A stretch of DNA of 64,000 nt, from NCBI GenBank assembly GCA_951406725.2, contig OX597818.1:45198001-45262000 (forward strand). The letters run 5' to 3'. The notes under the pieces are model-generated. The model had not been told where the DNA came from. It saw only the letters and a list, made by a program, of their open reading frames with translations, and ran no database searches. This DNA comes from Octopus vulgaris. Lineage: Eukaryota. A program made the translations under genes and the position numbers. The first letter of the stretch is position 1. The number at the start of each line of letters is the position of its first letter. Of the stretch, positions 40,439 through 58,374 are shown in pieces.

Positions 40439-40639
40439 AACTGAAAGAAGCCCGTCGTATATATATATATATACGACGGGCTTCTTTCAGTTTCCTGTCT
40501 ACCGTATCCACTCACAAGGCTTTGGTCAGCCCGAGGCTATAGCAGAAGATACTTGCCCAAGGTGCCACGCAGTGGGACTGAACCCGGAACCATGTGGTTG
40601 GTAAGCAAGCTACTTGCCACACAGCCACTCTTATGCCTA
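40133..40639 (-). mobile_element. SINE family A, full length, with small internal inverted duplication
   Basis: AAACTGAAAGAAGCCCGTCG-(TA)n-CGACGGGCTTCTTTCAGTTT hairpin at 40438-40492. Confidence 0.88.
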
Positions 40640-40917
40640 GGATTGGCGGTGTTTATCTAACTTTTTAGATATGAGAGTCGCCCAACCTTTCGACCTGATA
40701 GAGAAAGTTTGTACGAAAAGTTTCTCTATTATTTGTTACTGTTCTTAGCAGAGTATAGGACCTTCTGGCAATGTCCATGTGGATAATGTTTGGGCCATTC
40801 CACCAAACATTTGGCATGCTCTCGATTCTAAGATTTTCTGTTGCTAGATTGGCTGTCTCTTTTTTGTAGCTATTATCTGAGATGTCAAATGTCGCCTCTC
40901 GCAATCCTATTGACCGT

Positions 40918-40943
40918 TATCATCATCATCATCATCATCATCA

Positions 40944-41033
<90 letters not shown>

Positions 41034-41147
41034 TCATCATCATCATCACTATCATCATCGTCATCATCATCATCATCATCATCACATTCATCATCATCAT
41101 CATCCTCATCATAATCATCATCATCATCATTATTATCATCATCATCA

Positions 41148-41178
<31 letters not shown>

Positions 41179-41183
41179 CATCA
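40918..41183. repeat. (ATC)n/(ATT)n compound microsatellite
   Basis: Seen directly. Confidence 0.97.
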
Positions 41184-41431
41184 TATCTTTTGCGTCATCT
41201 GTACGAATAGTAATTCTTCAGCGCTTTACTCCTCTTCCGAGAAACTCCCGATTGCTGTTCTCTGTGAAACCGCTGAGATATTGACATTGGCCGAGATTGA
41301 TTGTTAATACTGGTATTTGGAAAGTTATCGGTGTGCATTGGTTTCTGACGTACGTTCTTAAGTTATGTTTCACCTCCTCGTCTGTGAACACAGAGATTTC
41401 ATGGTACTTTGGTGTATTGACTTCATTGTCT

Positions 41432-41490
<59 letters not shown>

Positions 41491-42429
41491 CAATTTCTAG
41501 TATCTTGTTTTCAGTATATATTTGTGTATATTTGTTAGTTTGGATGTAGATGTTCTTGCCTTTGAAAGTTTCTACTTCTCTTATATTTTTTTTTATGTTT
41601 GTTAAATCACGCTGTCACTAGTTGGGTATAATTGCGCTGCATTGTAAACACACATAGTACTTCTAAAGTACTATTCTTTGTTCTTTTGTTCTCTTATCAC
41701 TTCCTTTTTCGTTTGATGGCCACTATTGTCAGACATTGGCCGTTCCGTTAGAGTAGTCTCATTTTGAATGTTTACCGATTTTTCTTTCTTTCTTTCTTTC
41801 TTTCTTTTTTGCTGTTTTTCTTGTTGTTTGATTGTTTGGTTATATTAGATTCAAGCTACTCTTATCACCGATAGCTTTGGGTCGAATGGGATTGCTTTGT
41901 TGTTGTTGTTGTTTTTTTTATTTGTACGCATAGATTTTAGTTCTTCTCGCTGTGCAGTGTTTGTTTTGTGTTTATACACACTTATTCTTCTTCGTGAATG
42001 AGTGTGGGAGACATACGCCTTTTATAATAGAAGAAAAATAAGAGAAAAGTGATTTTATAATTGACAGGGGTTCTGAATGACTTTTATGTTCAGTAATTTT
42101 AGGGTTTTCCTTCTAAACTATCTAGAAATGAGCCAGTCATATCTAGAAATGGGCCAGTAGGAAACTGTTCCTGAGCCACAAGAAAGAGATAGTCGATATT
42201 TACATCACTTCGGTGATGTAATACTATCTGAGAACTATACCATACCCTGAGGAATAATTGATTCAATTTAGAGTACGTGCACGTTTGAATTTAGTGGAAG
42301 ATACGGAAAAGTTATTCAATACGATCGCATACTAATACAGAATCTTAACATGCTTCCTTTACTGATGTAACAACGTGTGATCAGACTAAATCATTTGCAT
42401 ATTGTCCTGAAAGTAAAGTCGATATTGCG

Positions 42430-43200
42430 CTCTCGTAAAAATGGCTTTTCAGCAGAAAGTAGAATCACAGGTATGGATTAACTGTAGACCGAAAATAGGA
42501 GCTTGGCATCTGGAATGTCATCAAAAACTCACAGCACTCCACCAGTTGAATGGTACTATCAGTGACAAAACAGGCCTCGTTTTCTATAGAAAGGTGATAC
42601 AGAGAATGAGCGTCAATGGCCTCGATGGTATTCTGGGCTCCGATGATGCAACATTAAACAAACATTCTTAGAGGATATTTAGGCCAAGAATTGTTCTCCA
42701 CAATACTTGGAGTAAACTGCGAGGTCTTTAACTAAGCAGAGCTACAAAGGGGGATATTTGGCCGGGATAAGTTGTACGGACATTTTTGTTTAAACAGCGA
42801 GGCATGTTCGAGATACAAAAGAGGTATAAGAAACTGTTCTACTTGCTTCCGGAAACAGCTTGCTTTAGGTCTATATCAAACAACTGGCGCCTCAGTTAGA
42901 ACGAATGGAATTGTCTTCATGATTTATGGCACACTTTTGCTGTTTTCTTTTAACAAAGACGATCACAGTCAGTATTCTTGTGTATGCCTGATAGCTATGA
43001 CAAAAGATGTAGTGCAATGAACGTGATTCGAAAGTGTTTACTCAGACTTATTCTTTCTAGCAAATCTCGGATCATTTTCTCCCAGTCTTACTTGGATGGG
43101 AAGAGAAACCATGACCACCAGGAACACAAATGATTTGTTGTTTTTGTCTCCAGCCAGCCTTTATGAAACAGGCTTTTGGTCAAAAGTCTTTGGCCGACCT
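42430..43200 (+). mobile_element. Highly decayed L1/Tx1-type LINE ORF2 C-terminal region
   Basis: RDKLYGHFCLNSEACSRY resembles the zf-RVT region; many stops and frameshifts; T-rich 3' end. Confidence 0.4.
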
Positions 43201-43505
43201 TTTGTTTTGTATGTCTAGGAAAGATGAATGATGGTGGCAATTGTCATGCAGGTAGTTGAGTTAACACTCGGTTTGGAGGTGCGCACGACATTTAATATTC
43301 TTCTGCACTTAACACTTGTTGCATACACCCAGTACACCATAATTGCACATATATGTGTATGCGTGCATGTGTGTGTACGCGTGTATATATGCGATACTCG
43401 TGTATGCGCTAGTAATATTGTGTACCTGTGTTGTAAGCTATGTTGTATCTGATCAAGCAACCCTAGGACAGAAAGATAGTCAGAAAGACAGACAGACAAA
43501 CAAAC

Positions 43506-43574
<69 letters not shown>

Positions 43575-43595
43575 CGGGCGGGCAGGCAGGCAGGC

Positions 43596-43727
<132 letters not shown>

Positions 43728-43739
43728 GGATAATCAGAC

Positions 43740-44500
43740 GGACAACTTGTAGCAATCCCAAGATCAAATGGTTAAAATATGCTGGGCATCTGTCTAGATA
43801 AGGGTCCACAAGGCATTTAAATACCCAATGGTTTTTAGTGTAACAATTTAGTCATGTCCTTTTTACTATTGACCAATCTGTGTCTAATTGTTTCTCTAAG
43901 CCTGCAGATTCTTTTGGTGGAGCACGACAGTTACTATTTTTCTGCACTCTTGTTGTAAACATTCCAATGGTGGCTGCCCCCTCGTTATCGAGTATGGCCA
44001 TTGCACGAAGCTTAAACAATGTTGTAATCGTGCAATGCCTGTGCAAGAAGATTTTTTTCTTTAAAGTGAGGAAAGGCTGAGCACTGAGTCAATCTCACTC
44101 ACTAAGCAACAGCAGCCATAATCCAAAAAGAAGAACAAGTCAACATCATCGGTAACCACTGAGCCGCAGGTTTTACATTGGAGTTATCCCAGTTATCTGA
44201 GTTACCTTCTACTAGAAGGATGCCCTAACAAAGGCTAGGAGTCCTTCACTCCCAATGGTTTAACCGCGCGATCGGGTATTCAGTCCGATTATTTCTATGT
44301 CCCCGCGCATGATACAGCCTTAAGACATTTATTGGAGTTCAAGAGTTCCTCCGCCCTTTATGTCAGGTCACTTTCGAGTGCTACTGGTAACATGTAACCC
44401 AATACAACCTGTTGCATGGTCGGGTCGTCGGCGACTAAAGCGGCAACCCCACCAAGCTTGCCTGGTGAGGAGGGTGTTAACTGGACACCCTGCGGGATGA
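43740..44500 (-). mobile_element. Possible 5' portion of a LINE (UTR plus AP-endonuclease relic)
   Basis: NCRAP...QLD...IGYLNA resembles the APE motifs xYAP and GDFNA; GC-richer upstream segment. Confidence 0.3.
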
Positions 44501-44989
44501 AAAACAAAATGACACACAAAATGACAGCAACACCAATAGACACGTATTGTAGGAATACATGTGTGTAAGTGTGTGTGAGTGTGTGTGTGTCTGTGTGTCT
44601 GTGTGTCTGTGTGTGTGTCTGTGTGTCTGTGTGTGTCTGTGTGTGTGTGTGTGTGTCTCTGTGTGTGTCTGTATCTCTGTGTGTGTCTGTGTTTGTGTGT
44701 GGTTATTGTTGTCTTAAGCCAACGGTAACAGAGCAGACAATGGTCAAAAGTATTCCATCAGTGACCATCTCGTCTTTTCTCCAGTGTTATCTTTTTAAGA
44801 CGATAAAATGTGTGTCGAGGGACATAGGCAGCTAATTCTAGCACATCAAGTGACCACGTGCCGGCTCCTCATCGTTGCGTTTGGTGTATCAGATATATGA
44901 AGTGATGTGTACGCTGAGTGTGTGTGTGTGTGTGTATGTATGAGTGTGTGAGTGTGTGTGTGTGTGTGTGAGTGTGTGTGTGTGAGTGA

Positions 44990-47600
<2,611 letters not shown>

Positions 47601-47928
47601 AACGAATCGCAAAAATTACATCAACAACATTCTCAATATATAGCAACCACACACGCATACATGCATGCAGGCATGTGTGTGTATATATATATATATATAT
47701 ATACACATATCTACAGAGATAAATATATATACATGTATATATACATATATATAATGTATATATATATATTATATATATATATATACGTAAATTTATATAA
47801 ATACAAATATACACACACATATACACACACAAACACACACACATTTATATGCATATACAATATGTATTTCTACATATCTATATAAATATGTTTGCCTGTT
47901 TATCTTTATATATCTATATGTCTGTCTG

Positions 47929-47960
<32 letters not shown>

Positions 47961-48025
47961 AATATCCTTATACACACACACACATATATATATATATGTA
48001 TGTTTGTATGTATGTATGTATGTAC

Positions 48026-48059
<34 letters not shown>

Positions 48060-48065
<6 letters not shown>

Positions 48066-48223
48066 AGAGTTTACGAAAAAAACAAAAGACGAAGACAGGT
48101 GGTGTACAAAACAAACAGATGTATTAGTATAACGCTCAGGAATAGAAAAAGTCTTTTACGTTTCGAGCCTACGCTCTTCTACAGAAAGGGACACAGAAAA
48201 AACAAGGAGTGAAACAAGGAGAG

Positions 48224-48225
<2 letters not shown>
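48060..48225 (-). mobile_element. Penelope-like pLTR with variant hammerhead (CTGTAGA core, 48153-48188)
   Basis: Reverse complement reads CTTT CTGTAGA A GAGC gtag GCTC GAAAC GTA AAAG; embedded in (TA)n. Confidence 0.62.
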
Positions 48226-48275
<50 letters not shown>

Positions 48276-48527
48276 AACATCTCACCTTAATAGTAACAGG
48301 TATGACAACAGCACCAACAACAAATATACAATAACAACATTAACGTAAACAAGAAATATGATAATAAACCAAAATACTGACAACAACAATATCACAAATG
48401 TAACCAAGTCGGAAACAGCTTCATCTTTGGGTTTGTATGTTCGCCACAAGGGCAACATGTATTGTAATACTTTCGAAAACATGACTCAACAACGACACCG
48501 TACCTTACCAGTAAGTACACAAGGACC

Positions 48528-48623
<96 letters not shown>

Positions 48624-48676
48624 CGCACTCTGATTCATGCATAAATGTAATTATACACATGTGACCAAGCATTCAT

Positions 48677-48727
<51 letters not shown>

Positions 48728-48728
48728 G

Positions 48729-48940
48729 TTTTACTCTTTTACTTGTTTCAGTCATTTAACTGCGGCCATGCTGGAGCACCGCCTTTAGTCGAGAAAATCG
48801 ACCCACAGGCCTTATTCTTTGTAAACGTAGTACTTATTCTATCGATCCGTTCTGCCGAATCGCTATATAACGGGGAATGTAAATACACCAGCATCGGTTG
48901 TCAAGCGATGTTGGGGGGACAAACACAAACAAAAACATAT

Positions 48941-48977
<37 letters not shown>

Positions 48978-49016
48978 CTTATATACAACGGACTTCTTTC
49001 AGTTTCCGTCTACCAA
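48729..49016 (-). mobile_element. SINE family A 3' portion
   Basis: Matches 219-512. Confidence 0.85.
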
Positions 49017-49019
49017 ATA

Positions 49020-49067
49020 AATATATATATGTATGTATATATATATACATCTCTATATATATACTCG

Positions 49068-49102
<35 letters not shown>

Positions 49103-49184
49103 TCGTATATGTATATATATATTCATATACATATATATATATTCATATATATATGTATATATATATATACATATATATATGTTC

Positions 49185-49225
<41 letters not shown>

Positions 49226-49258
49226 TATATAATCACATATATTTATAATCATATATAC

Positions 49259-49301
<43 letters not shown>

Positions 49302-49354
49302 GTATATATATACGTACATATATATATATTCATATATATATAATCATATATATA

Positions 49355-49392
<38 letters not shown>

Positions 49393-49459
49393 TATATATA
49401 TTCATATATATATATGTACATATATAGAGAGAGAGACAGATATAGATAGATAGATAGAT

Positions 49460-49529
<70 letters not shown>

Positions 49530-49952
49530 CATATTCTAGCGTACGCACTCTTGCACATGCACACAAACGCACAAACATGTGTGTGTGTGTGTGTGTGTGT
49601 GGTATTCATATTTAAATGTGCGTATGTTCTTTGCGCATATGTATTACAACGCACACAAACAGACATCCGCACGCGAACCTCCTATGCACACACCATGAGG
49701 ACGGTTGTGAAGCTCTGACGACTGCAACGACGAAGACAGCGGCGTGCTTTCTAATAACAATGTTTTCTTCCATTGGCACAAGGTCACACGTTTCTGAGCA
49801 AAAGAAATGCAGATGATTAAGTGTTGATTGAGGAGATTCTAGAGTATATATACACATATACACGTATATATATGTGTGTGTGTGTATGTGCGTGTTTGTA
49901 TGTGTGTATGTATGTACATATACATACATGTATAAGTATATATTACAATATA

Positions 49953-50012
<60 letters not shown>

Positions 50013-50335
50013 GTTTACATACATGTAACGTATATGTGTATATATTGAGATATATGTTTATGTTATATTATACATCTGTATACACATACAGACACACACA
50101 TATATATACTTATATACCTACATGCCTATGCATATCTATATAATCCATGCATGCATATATATACATATATATGCATATATATACACATATATATATATAA
50201 TTATATATATATATGTATGTGTGTATATATATATACATATATATCCATACATACACACCCACACACACACATATATATATATATGTATATACATATATAG
50301 ACATATATATGCATGTATAGCCATACATATGCATG

Positions 50336-50390
<55 letters not shown>

Positions 50391-50398
50391 CATATACA

Positions 50399-50433
<35 letters not shown>

Positions 50434-50498
50434 TATATACATTATACATATACATAAATACATACATGTATATATATATACATATTTGTATGTACATA

Positions 50499-50540
<42 letters not shown>

Positions 50541-50555
50541 TACATATACATAACT

Positions 50556-50590
<35 letters not shown>

Positions 50591-50635
50591 CATACATCTA
50601 TATATATAAATATAAATATATATATATATATCTGT
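49020..50635. repeat. Degenerate (TA)n/(GATA)n low-complexity region
   Basis: Seen directly; interrupted by a unique island at 49610-49840. Confidence 0.9.
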
Positions 50636-51037
50636 TTATGACCGATATCATATAATGGAAATGCAAGTTTGATTCTAGCGCGATTTGAACTCATAATGTC
50701 GAAGAATGAACGTATTGTGATATGACCACAGGTGTTGTTTATTTTACTCGAGACTTAAAAAAAAAAGCAGAAGTTACAGAGAAATATGCATTGTGCGAAG
50801 TATTAAATGTATATTAAAGAAACGCGTTATATAAATCAAATAACAATCACACGCGCACACACACAGACACACACACACACACACTCACACGAACGCATAC
50901 AAGCCACACAAGCACGTGCGCGTGTGCACACACACACACACACACACTCACACACACACACACACAAATTTAGAAACAGTAGTTTCTCCGACGTTGGAGA
51001 TTCATACATAACACCTGTCAAAATAGGTATGTGTTTG

Positions 51038-51089
<52 letters not shown>

Positions 51090-51127
51090 GGTGTGTCTAT
51101 GCGTCTGTAGATAGATAGACAGACAAG

Positions 51128-51287
<160 letters not shown>

Positions 51288-51663
51288 AAGATAGACTATA
51301 CAGACACACTGGTCATTCATGGATGCGAGAGCTGTTTCTCAGACGCTGGCGTTTCGTGTATAGCACCTGTCAAAATGTGTGTGCGTGTTTACATAAGATT
51401 CCAATTATTCTTGCCAAAGAATATTATGAATCATAATGATGACAATGTCTGTGTAGAAGAAAAAAAAAACAAGAAATGTCCATGTGAAGAAGAAGAAGAA
51501 GAAGAAGAAGAAGAAGAAGAAGAAGAAGAAGAGGAGGAAAGAGAAGGAAATAAGTATCAATGATGAGTTAAGCTAGTCTCATATCACACCACACCTGTGG
51601 ATTCATCGTAAACCATAGACATAATATATTTTACTCGTTTGTGAGGCGAGTGTTTTGTGTGTG

Positions 51664-51712
<49 letters not shown>

Positions 51713-51962
51713 ATGTGTGTAGATGCCACCATGTGTCTGTGTGTGTGTGTTTGTGTGTGTTTGGTCGTGTTCGTACTTCTATAAAGAAGTACCTGTGTAC
51801 GGGGAAACGCACAGGTGACGGGTGACTTGCATCTCTTAAAGGAGAGACATGAAACGAGGTAGAGACAGAAACAGCGACAGAGAGAGAGAAAGAGAGATAG
51901 AGAAGTGGGGAGAGAGACAGAGAGTGAGAGGGTGTGAGAAAGAGCGAGGGAAAGTGACTTAC

Positions 51963-52059
51963 CTAGCATCGCCAATTGGAGAGCGTAACAGTTGTGATGT
52001 GGAATAGATTGTCTCACTGGAGTGTGTGTCAATTCGGAGTAGCGCCGCTTTTCCGACAT
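51963..52059 (-). CDS. Candidate first coding exon (MSEKRRYSELTHTPVRQSIPHHNCYALQLAML, phase 1); product unknown
   Basis: AATATG start and a consensus AG|GTAAGT donor at 51963/51962, in unique CpG-containing sequence. No homology recognised. Confidence 0.35.
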
Positions 52060-52748
52060 ATTCGCGCTGTATTTGGTACTAAATAACGCTAATGGCAATA
52101 ATGACACTGATTGTGATAATACAGGTGTTGTTTTTGTTACTGTTGGTGGGGGTTCCTTGGGGTTAAAAATTGGTAGTCCTTACGCTGCTCTCGTTCGACC
52201 ACTTTGTGATGATAATATTTCCGTTTTTTTGGTTGTTTTGTAAAAATTTTCTGTTTTTTTTCTTGTTTTTTTAAATTTCTTTTCTGTTTTTTTTTTTTTT
52301 TTTTTTTTTTTACCTTTATCACTTAACTACATTCGTTAGGACTCGTCCGTAAATCTCGTTTTGTATTTGTCTTGCCGTTCTTTGCACACTCTTAGGGTAC
52401 TCACGCTCGGCGCATGTACAAAGACATAGGTAGTAGATTGCAGACATACAGGCTTGTCTGGTGCGTGCCTGAGTGACAGGAGTTGCTATGAGCTCGTCGA
52501 GAGATCGATCGACGGGCAGAGACACGGATGTGTAAATGTGTAAAAAAAGAAGGTATTTCTCGAAAAAAATCATCTACCTAACTATCCACCTTACTTATTC
52601 TCTCCAAATGTTAAAACAACGGGTTTTTTTTCTCTCTCTCTTGTATCTATGTATGTATAAGAATGCGCCTAGATGCGTAACTTCCCTATGTACATTGTGT
52701 GTTTGTTGTGAACATGTATTTCAATAAGCATAAATATATATATGTATA

Positions 52749-52796
<48 letters not shown>

Positions 52797-53065
52797 ATAT
52801 TATGTATATATATGTATATACGTACCTGTATATGTACGTGTATATATGTGTGTATATGTGTGTGGGTGGATGTTTATATATGCGTGTCAATACACGTGCG
52901 TGCGTGCGAGCGCGAGTGTATATTTCTGTTTATATGATACGCGAGATAATATGCGTGTGTGTGTGTATGTATATGTGTATATATATCCGCGCCCGCATGC
53001 GTGCGTGCGCGCGAGTGTGTCTGTGTCTGTGTCTGTGCGTGCGCGTGTATGTCTGTGTGTGTGTT

Positions 53066-53272
53066 TACCTGGGCGTATTCGTGTGTCTACCTGTGCGTAT
53101 TCGTATGTGTCTACCTGTGCGTATTCGTATGTGTCTACCTGTGCGTATTCGTGTGTCTACCTGTGCGTATTCGTATGTGTCTACCTGTGCGTATTCGTAT
53201 GTGTCTACCTGTGCGTATTCGTATGTGTCTACCTGTGCGTATTCATATGTGTCTACCTGTGCGCATTCGTGT
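53066..53272. repeat. Minisatellite, 24-bp unit GTGTCTACCTGTGCGTATTCGTAT (about 8-9 copies, some shorter)
   Basis: Direct tandem repeats. Confidence 0.93.
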
Positions 53273-54089
53273 GTTTGTGCGTGACACGTTAGACTTGCAA
53301 AGAAGCTTTCCACCGTAAAACTGTTGGGTATGTATGTATGTATGTATGTATGTAGCAGTAAAAATCTGACCGTATCCAACCAAAATAACACCGAGATAAC
53401 TTTTCCACGACTTTCTTCTTTTACTGCGATTATTCTCTGCCTTTCTTCTGTTTTTCTTATAAATAACCTCCCCGCTTTCATCAACCTCTCCACATCCCTC
53501 TACTTTGCTCTTCTATTCTCTCCTCATCCTCATCCTGTCCCTCCTGCTCCGTTTAACGTTCTATCTTTTCTTTGTTATTCTCACAGAAATTCTCTCATTT
53601 CTTCCTTCCATTCGTCCTTCTACCCACCCATTCGTTCTCCAGTTCTATCTACCCGTTTCTCTTCTTTCATTCACTATTTTATTTCTTACCGTCTTTCATT
53701 CCTTCTCTATATAGATATTTCTTCAATTTCTTTCTTTCTTTCTATCCTTTATCGTTTGTCACCGTCGCAAATTTTCTTCTTCTTACTCGCACAATACGAA
53801 CCTTCCTATTTCCATTTGATTTCTTCTCTCTATCTTTCTCTCTGTATTTATTCACTCAATCACAACCAAAACAGACTGTAATCGCAACACGTTCTTCTCG
53901 CCTGCTGATCATTTTCCAACCCAAACAGTTGAAAAAAAAAATTTCGTCACCTTTATTTTTCCCGCGCATCACATACCACGATATATAAATACTTATATGA
54001 ATATGTGCGTATGTGTGCGCACGCGAATATATGTATATAAAATTTTGTCATTATTATTATCATCATCATCATCATCATCATTATTATTA

Positions 54090-54165
<76 letters not shown>

Positions 54166-54255
54166 GATATATAATGATGGCAAAATTTTTTAGGAGTATT
54201 TTATCATTGGTCAGCATATAAAAATAAAAACAGATTAATGTGAAATATATATACA

Positions 54256-54391
<136 letters not shown>

Positions 54392-54493
54392 TATATATAT
54401 ATGTGTATATTTATATATGTATATATATATATGTATATATATATATGTAAATATATATATACATGTATATATATATATATGTATATATATATG

Positions 54494-54579
<86 letters not shown>

Positions 54580-54590
54580 TATATATATAT

Positions 54591-54930
54591 AGGCGTAGGA
54601 GTGGCTTTGTGGTAAGTAGCTTGCTTACGAACCACATGGTTCCGGGTTCAGTCCCACTGAGTGGCACCTTAGGCAAGTGTCTTCTACTATATGTATATAT
54701 GTATATATATATGTATGTGTGTATGTCTGTGTGTCTGTGTCTGTCCTCCCAACATCACTTGACAACCGATGCTAGTGTGTTTACCTCCCCGTAACTTAGC
54801 AGTTCGGCAAAAGAGACCGATAGACTAAGTACTAGGCTTACAAAGAACAAGTCCTGAGCTCGATTCGTTCGACTAAAGGTGATGCTCCAGCATGGCCACA
54901 GTCAAATGACTGAAACAAGTAAAAGAGTAT
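54591..54930 (+). mobile_element. SINE family A with internal deletion
   Basis: Head AGGCGTAGGAGTGGC through tail AAGTAAAAGAGTA. Confidence 0.88.
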
Positions 54931-55298
54931 ACATATAGAGAGAGAGATCATTAAATGAATGGAAAAGGAAAATACACACTGAACTTCATTAGGCTACAGC
55001 TGTTTCTGCTACACGCTGTAATGCACTCAAAGCTGAGTGCTTCTCCGGAACTTTTAAAAGGAAGTGCGCACTTGAGTTAGGAGCTCCGAAGAAACCACAA
55101 ACTAATACACAAGCACCTAGTGAGTGCACTATATCGTATAGGAGGAACAACTATAGGCTAATGAAGTGCATTTCATTATTTCTTGTCATTTTTTGAAATT
55201 TCATATGTTTTTTACTCGACCGGCGGTTTATTCTGAATCATGTATTGAGTTTTAACACCAGGTAAATAACCTGGTATGACTATGCCTAAGCGAAACAT

Positions 55299-55346
<48 letters not shown>

Positions 55347-55382
55347 TTATGCATAAATATTATATGCATATATACTATGTAA

Positions 55383-55435
<53 letters not shown>

Positions 55436-55755
55436 CATACATATTACATATATATATACACATACATATATATATATATATAAACAAACATATATATATA
55501 TATATATATTCTTTTTTTCTTTTGTTCGTTTACTTGTTTCAGTCATTTGATTGCGGCACACACACATACACACACACAAATACATACATACACACGCATA
55601 AGACAGGCTTCTTTCAGTTTCCTCAGTGAAATCCACTCACAAGCTTCTCACAATGCAGCCATGCCTGCGCCTATATATATATATAAATATATATATATAT
55701 ACATATTATATGATATATATATGAAATACATATGTATGTATGTATATATAGATAA

Positions 55756-55825
<70 letters not shown>

Positions 55826-55992
55826 GATACGTTATATATGTGATATATAATATACATCATATTATATATATACACATAAATACGTATATGATTTATAATG
55901 ATTTATACATATATCATACAATATGATATATATATATGTGTGTGTGTACACACACACACATACACACACACGTATATATATATATATATTTA

Positions 55993-56216
55993 TATTTCTT
56001 TACTACCCACAAGGGGCTAAACACAGAGAGGACAAACAAGGACAGACAAAGTCGATTATATCGACCCCAGTGCGTTACTGGTACTTAATTTATCGACCCC
56101 GAAAGGATGAAAGGCAAAGTCGACCTTGGCGGAATTTGAACTCAGAACGTAACAGCAGACGAAATACGGCTACGCATTTCGCCCGGCGTGCTAACGATTC
56201 TGCCAGCTCGCCGCCA
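55993..56216 (-). mobile_element. Nin-domain SINE monomer in (TA)n
   Basis: Matches 25416-25649. Confidence 0.9.
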
Positions 56217-56429
56217 TTAATATATATATATATATTGATCATTTGATCATTTGATCATCGTATCAAATTAATCAACATATCAACCAATTATATTTCTTGT
56301 TTAAATAAATAAATAAATAAATAAACTGTGTTTATTTATCTTTCTGTCGTCCGCGTTGGATTTCATCTTTCAAACTACGTAAGCGACCACAAATCATAGT
56401 TTACACTTACACAGAAGCATTAAATGCTT

Positions 56430-56577
56430 TATGTATGTATGTACGTATGTATGTATGTACGTATGTATGTATGTATGTATGTATGTATGTATGTGTATGT
56501 ATGTATGTATGTATGTATGTATGTATGTATGTATGTGTGTGTATGTGTGTATGTGTGTGTGTGTTTATGTATGTATG

Positions 56578-56611
<34 letters not shown>

Positions 56612-57009
56612 TGTATATATGTACGTACGTATGTATGTATGTATGTATGTATGTATGTATGTGTGTGTGTATGTGTGTGTATGTATGTATGTATGTATGT
56701 ACGTACGTATGTATGTATGTGTATGTATGTGTGCACGTCTATATATTCATACGCACATAGACATGCACACATATTCACTAATACACACGTATACATGTAC
56801 ATATACACAAATACACACATACACACACACACACACTTATATACACACGCGCGCATATATTCCAGTGTACGGGGGATGGGGTGATTAATGAAGAGGTCTG
56901 TGACCTTTATGAATTTCTCTCAGAACATTAAGCGAATGTGAGATTTTCATGTCTGTTTCAGAAAGTATTGTCGTGATCTTAATAACAATTATACCCATCG
57001 TTACCACTG

Positions 57010-57052
<43 letters not shown>

Positions 57053-57080
57053 TATCATCATCGTCATCATAATCATCATC

Positions 57081-57111
<31 letters not shown>

Positions 57112-57135
57112 TCATCACCATCACCGTGACCATCG

Positions 57136-57176
<41 letters not shown>

Positions 57177-57192
57177 GTCATCATCATCGTCG

Positions 57193-57260
<68 letters not shown>

Positions 57261-57320
57261 GACATTAACAATAACAACGACACCGACGACAACGATGATG
57301 GTGATGATGATGAATGATGA
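56430..57320. repeat. (TATG)n and (CAT)n microsatellite blocks
   Basis: 56430-56730 and 57009-57260. Confidence 0.93.
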
Positions 57321-57575
57321 TAACGGTGATGCTAGTGGTGATGGCAGTGGTGATGATGATGATGATGATTATGGTGATGGTCATGATTTATTTTATTGGC
57401 CGTAAGATCCAATGTGTTTGGAACAGTAAAAAAAAGGCTAATACAACAACAACAACAAAAACATAGAAAGAAGAAAGAAAATATGAGGTTATATCGAGTT
57501 AATATGTAAGAACAACAATAACAATAAACATATAACATATATTTGGTCTTTATTTCAGCTTCATAATTGTTATTA

Positions 57576-57637
<62 letters not shown>

Positions 57638-58191
57638 GAGTGAGAGAGCAGTGCATGCCATCAAAGTGACACTGGGGTAAAATATACGAAGCCCAGTATA
57701 CCCATCATGACTACCCGTCTGATAAGGGTACACCAGGCACATGCATCACAACCATGTGTGCGCGACATGGTGATCTCATATCAAGATAAACAGCACATGA
57801 CCTTGCAGGTGGGTCCCACATAGAATTGTCTTCATGTTGAGTAGCCCATCCCGCTCAAAAGGTCCCTGAATAAGGGTTGTTTAAGGATGTTGAAAGAACC
57901 ACCCATGTTTCCAGAGGTGAATTATTCAAACACCAAAGAATCCCTCTCAACACATGGCTATGATGCTCCCCCACTACTTCTGCTCGTGATCAGAGATGCA
58001 CATATCGTCAGACACTAAAGGACATGCTCAACTGGTTAAAGTCAAGTAAATGACAAGCAAATCTGTGGTATTGAGCAGAATATTTGCTGTAACCCATCTT
58101 TTATACCAAGACAAAACAATGTACATGATAACACTTCCAATCAGTTAAGATCAGAAGCCATGAGAGCCACTGCCTGGTACTGCATCAGGCC
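57638..58191. mobile_element. About 550-bp non-coding insertion bounded on both sides by (ATT)n
   Basis: Sharp edges and higher GC than the flanks. The (TAA)n target suggests Dong/R4-type retroposition (inference). Confidence 0.5.
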
Positions 58192-58245
<54 letters not shown>

Positions 58246-58374
58246 TTTAGTTTCTTTGCCAAAGTTTTTACGTCGCGCATTCTGTGACCTCTTCAAACGC
58301 CTCTTTGTCCCTCGTGTCTCCTCTTGTTCTGCTTAATACATAAATGTAACCTGAAACATCAGTATAATAATTCA

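Noticed and set aside
44340-44500. HDV-like ribozyme at a putative LINE 5' end (CCCTCCTCACC motif on the minus strand)
   Set aside because: I could not build consistent P1/P2/P3 pairings by eye; a covariance-model search is needed.
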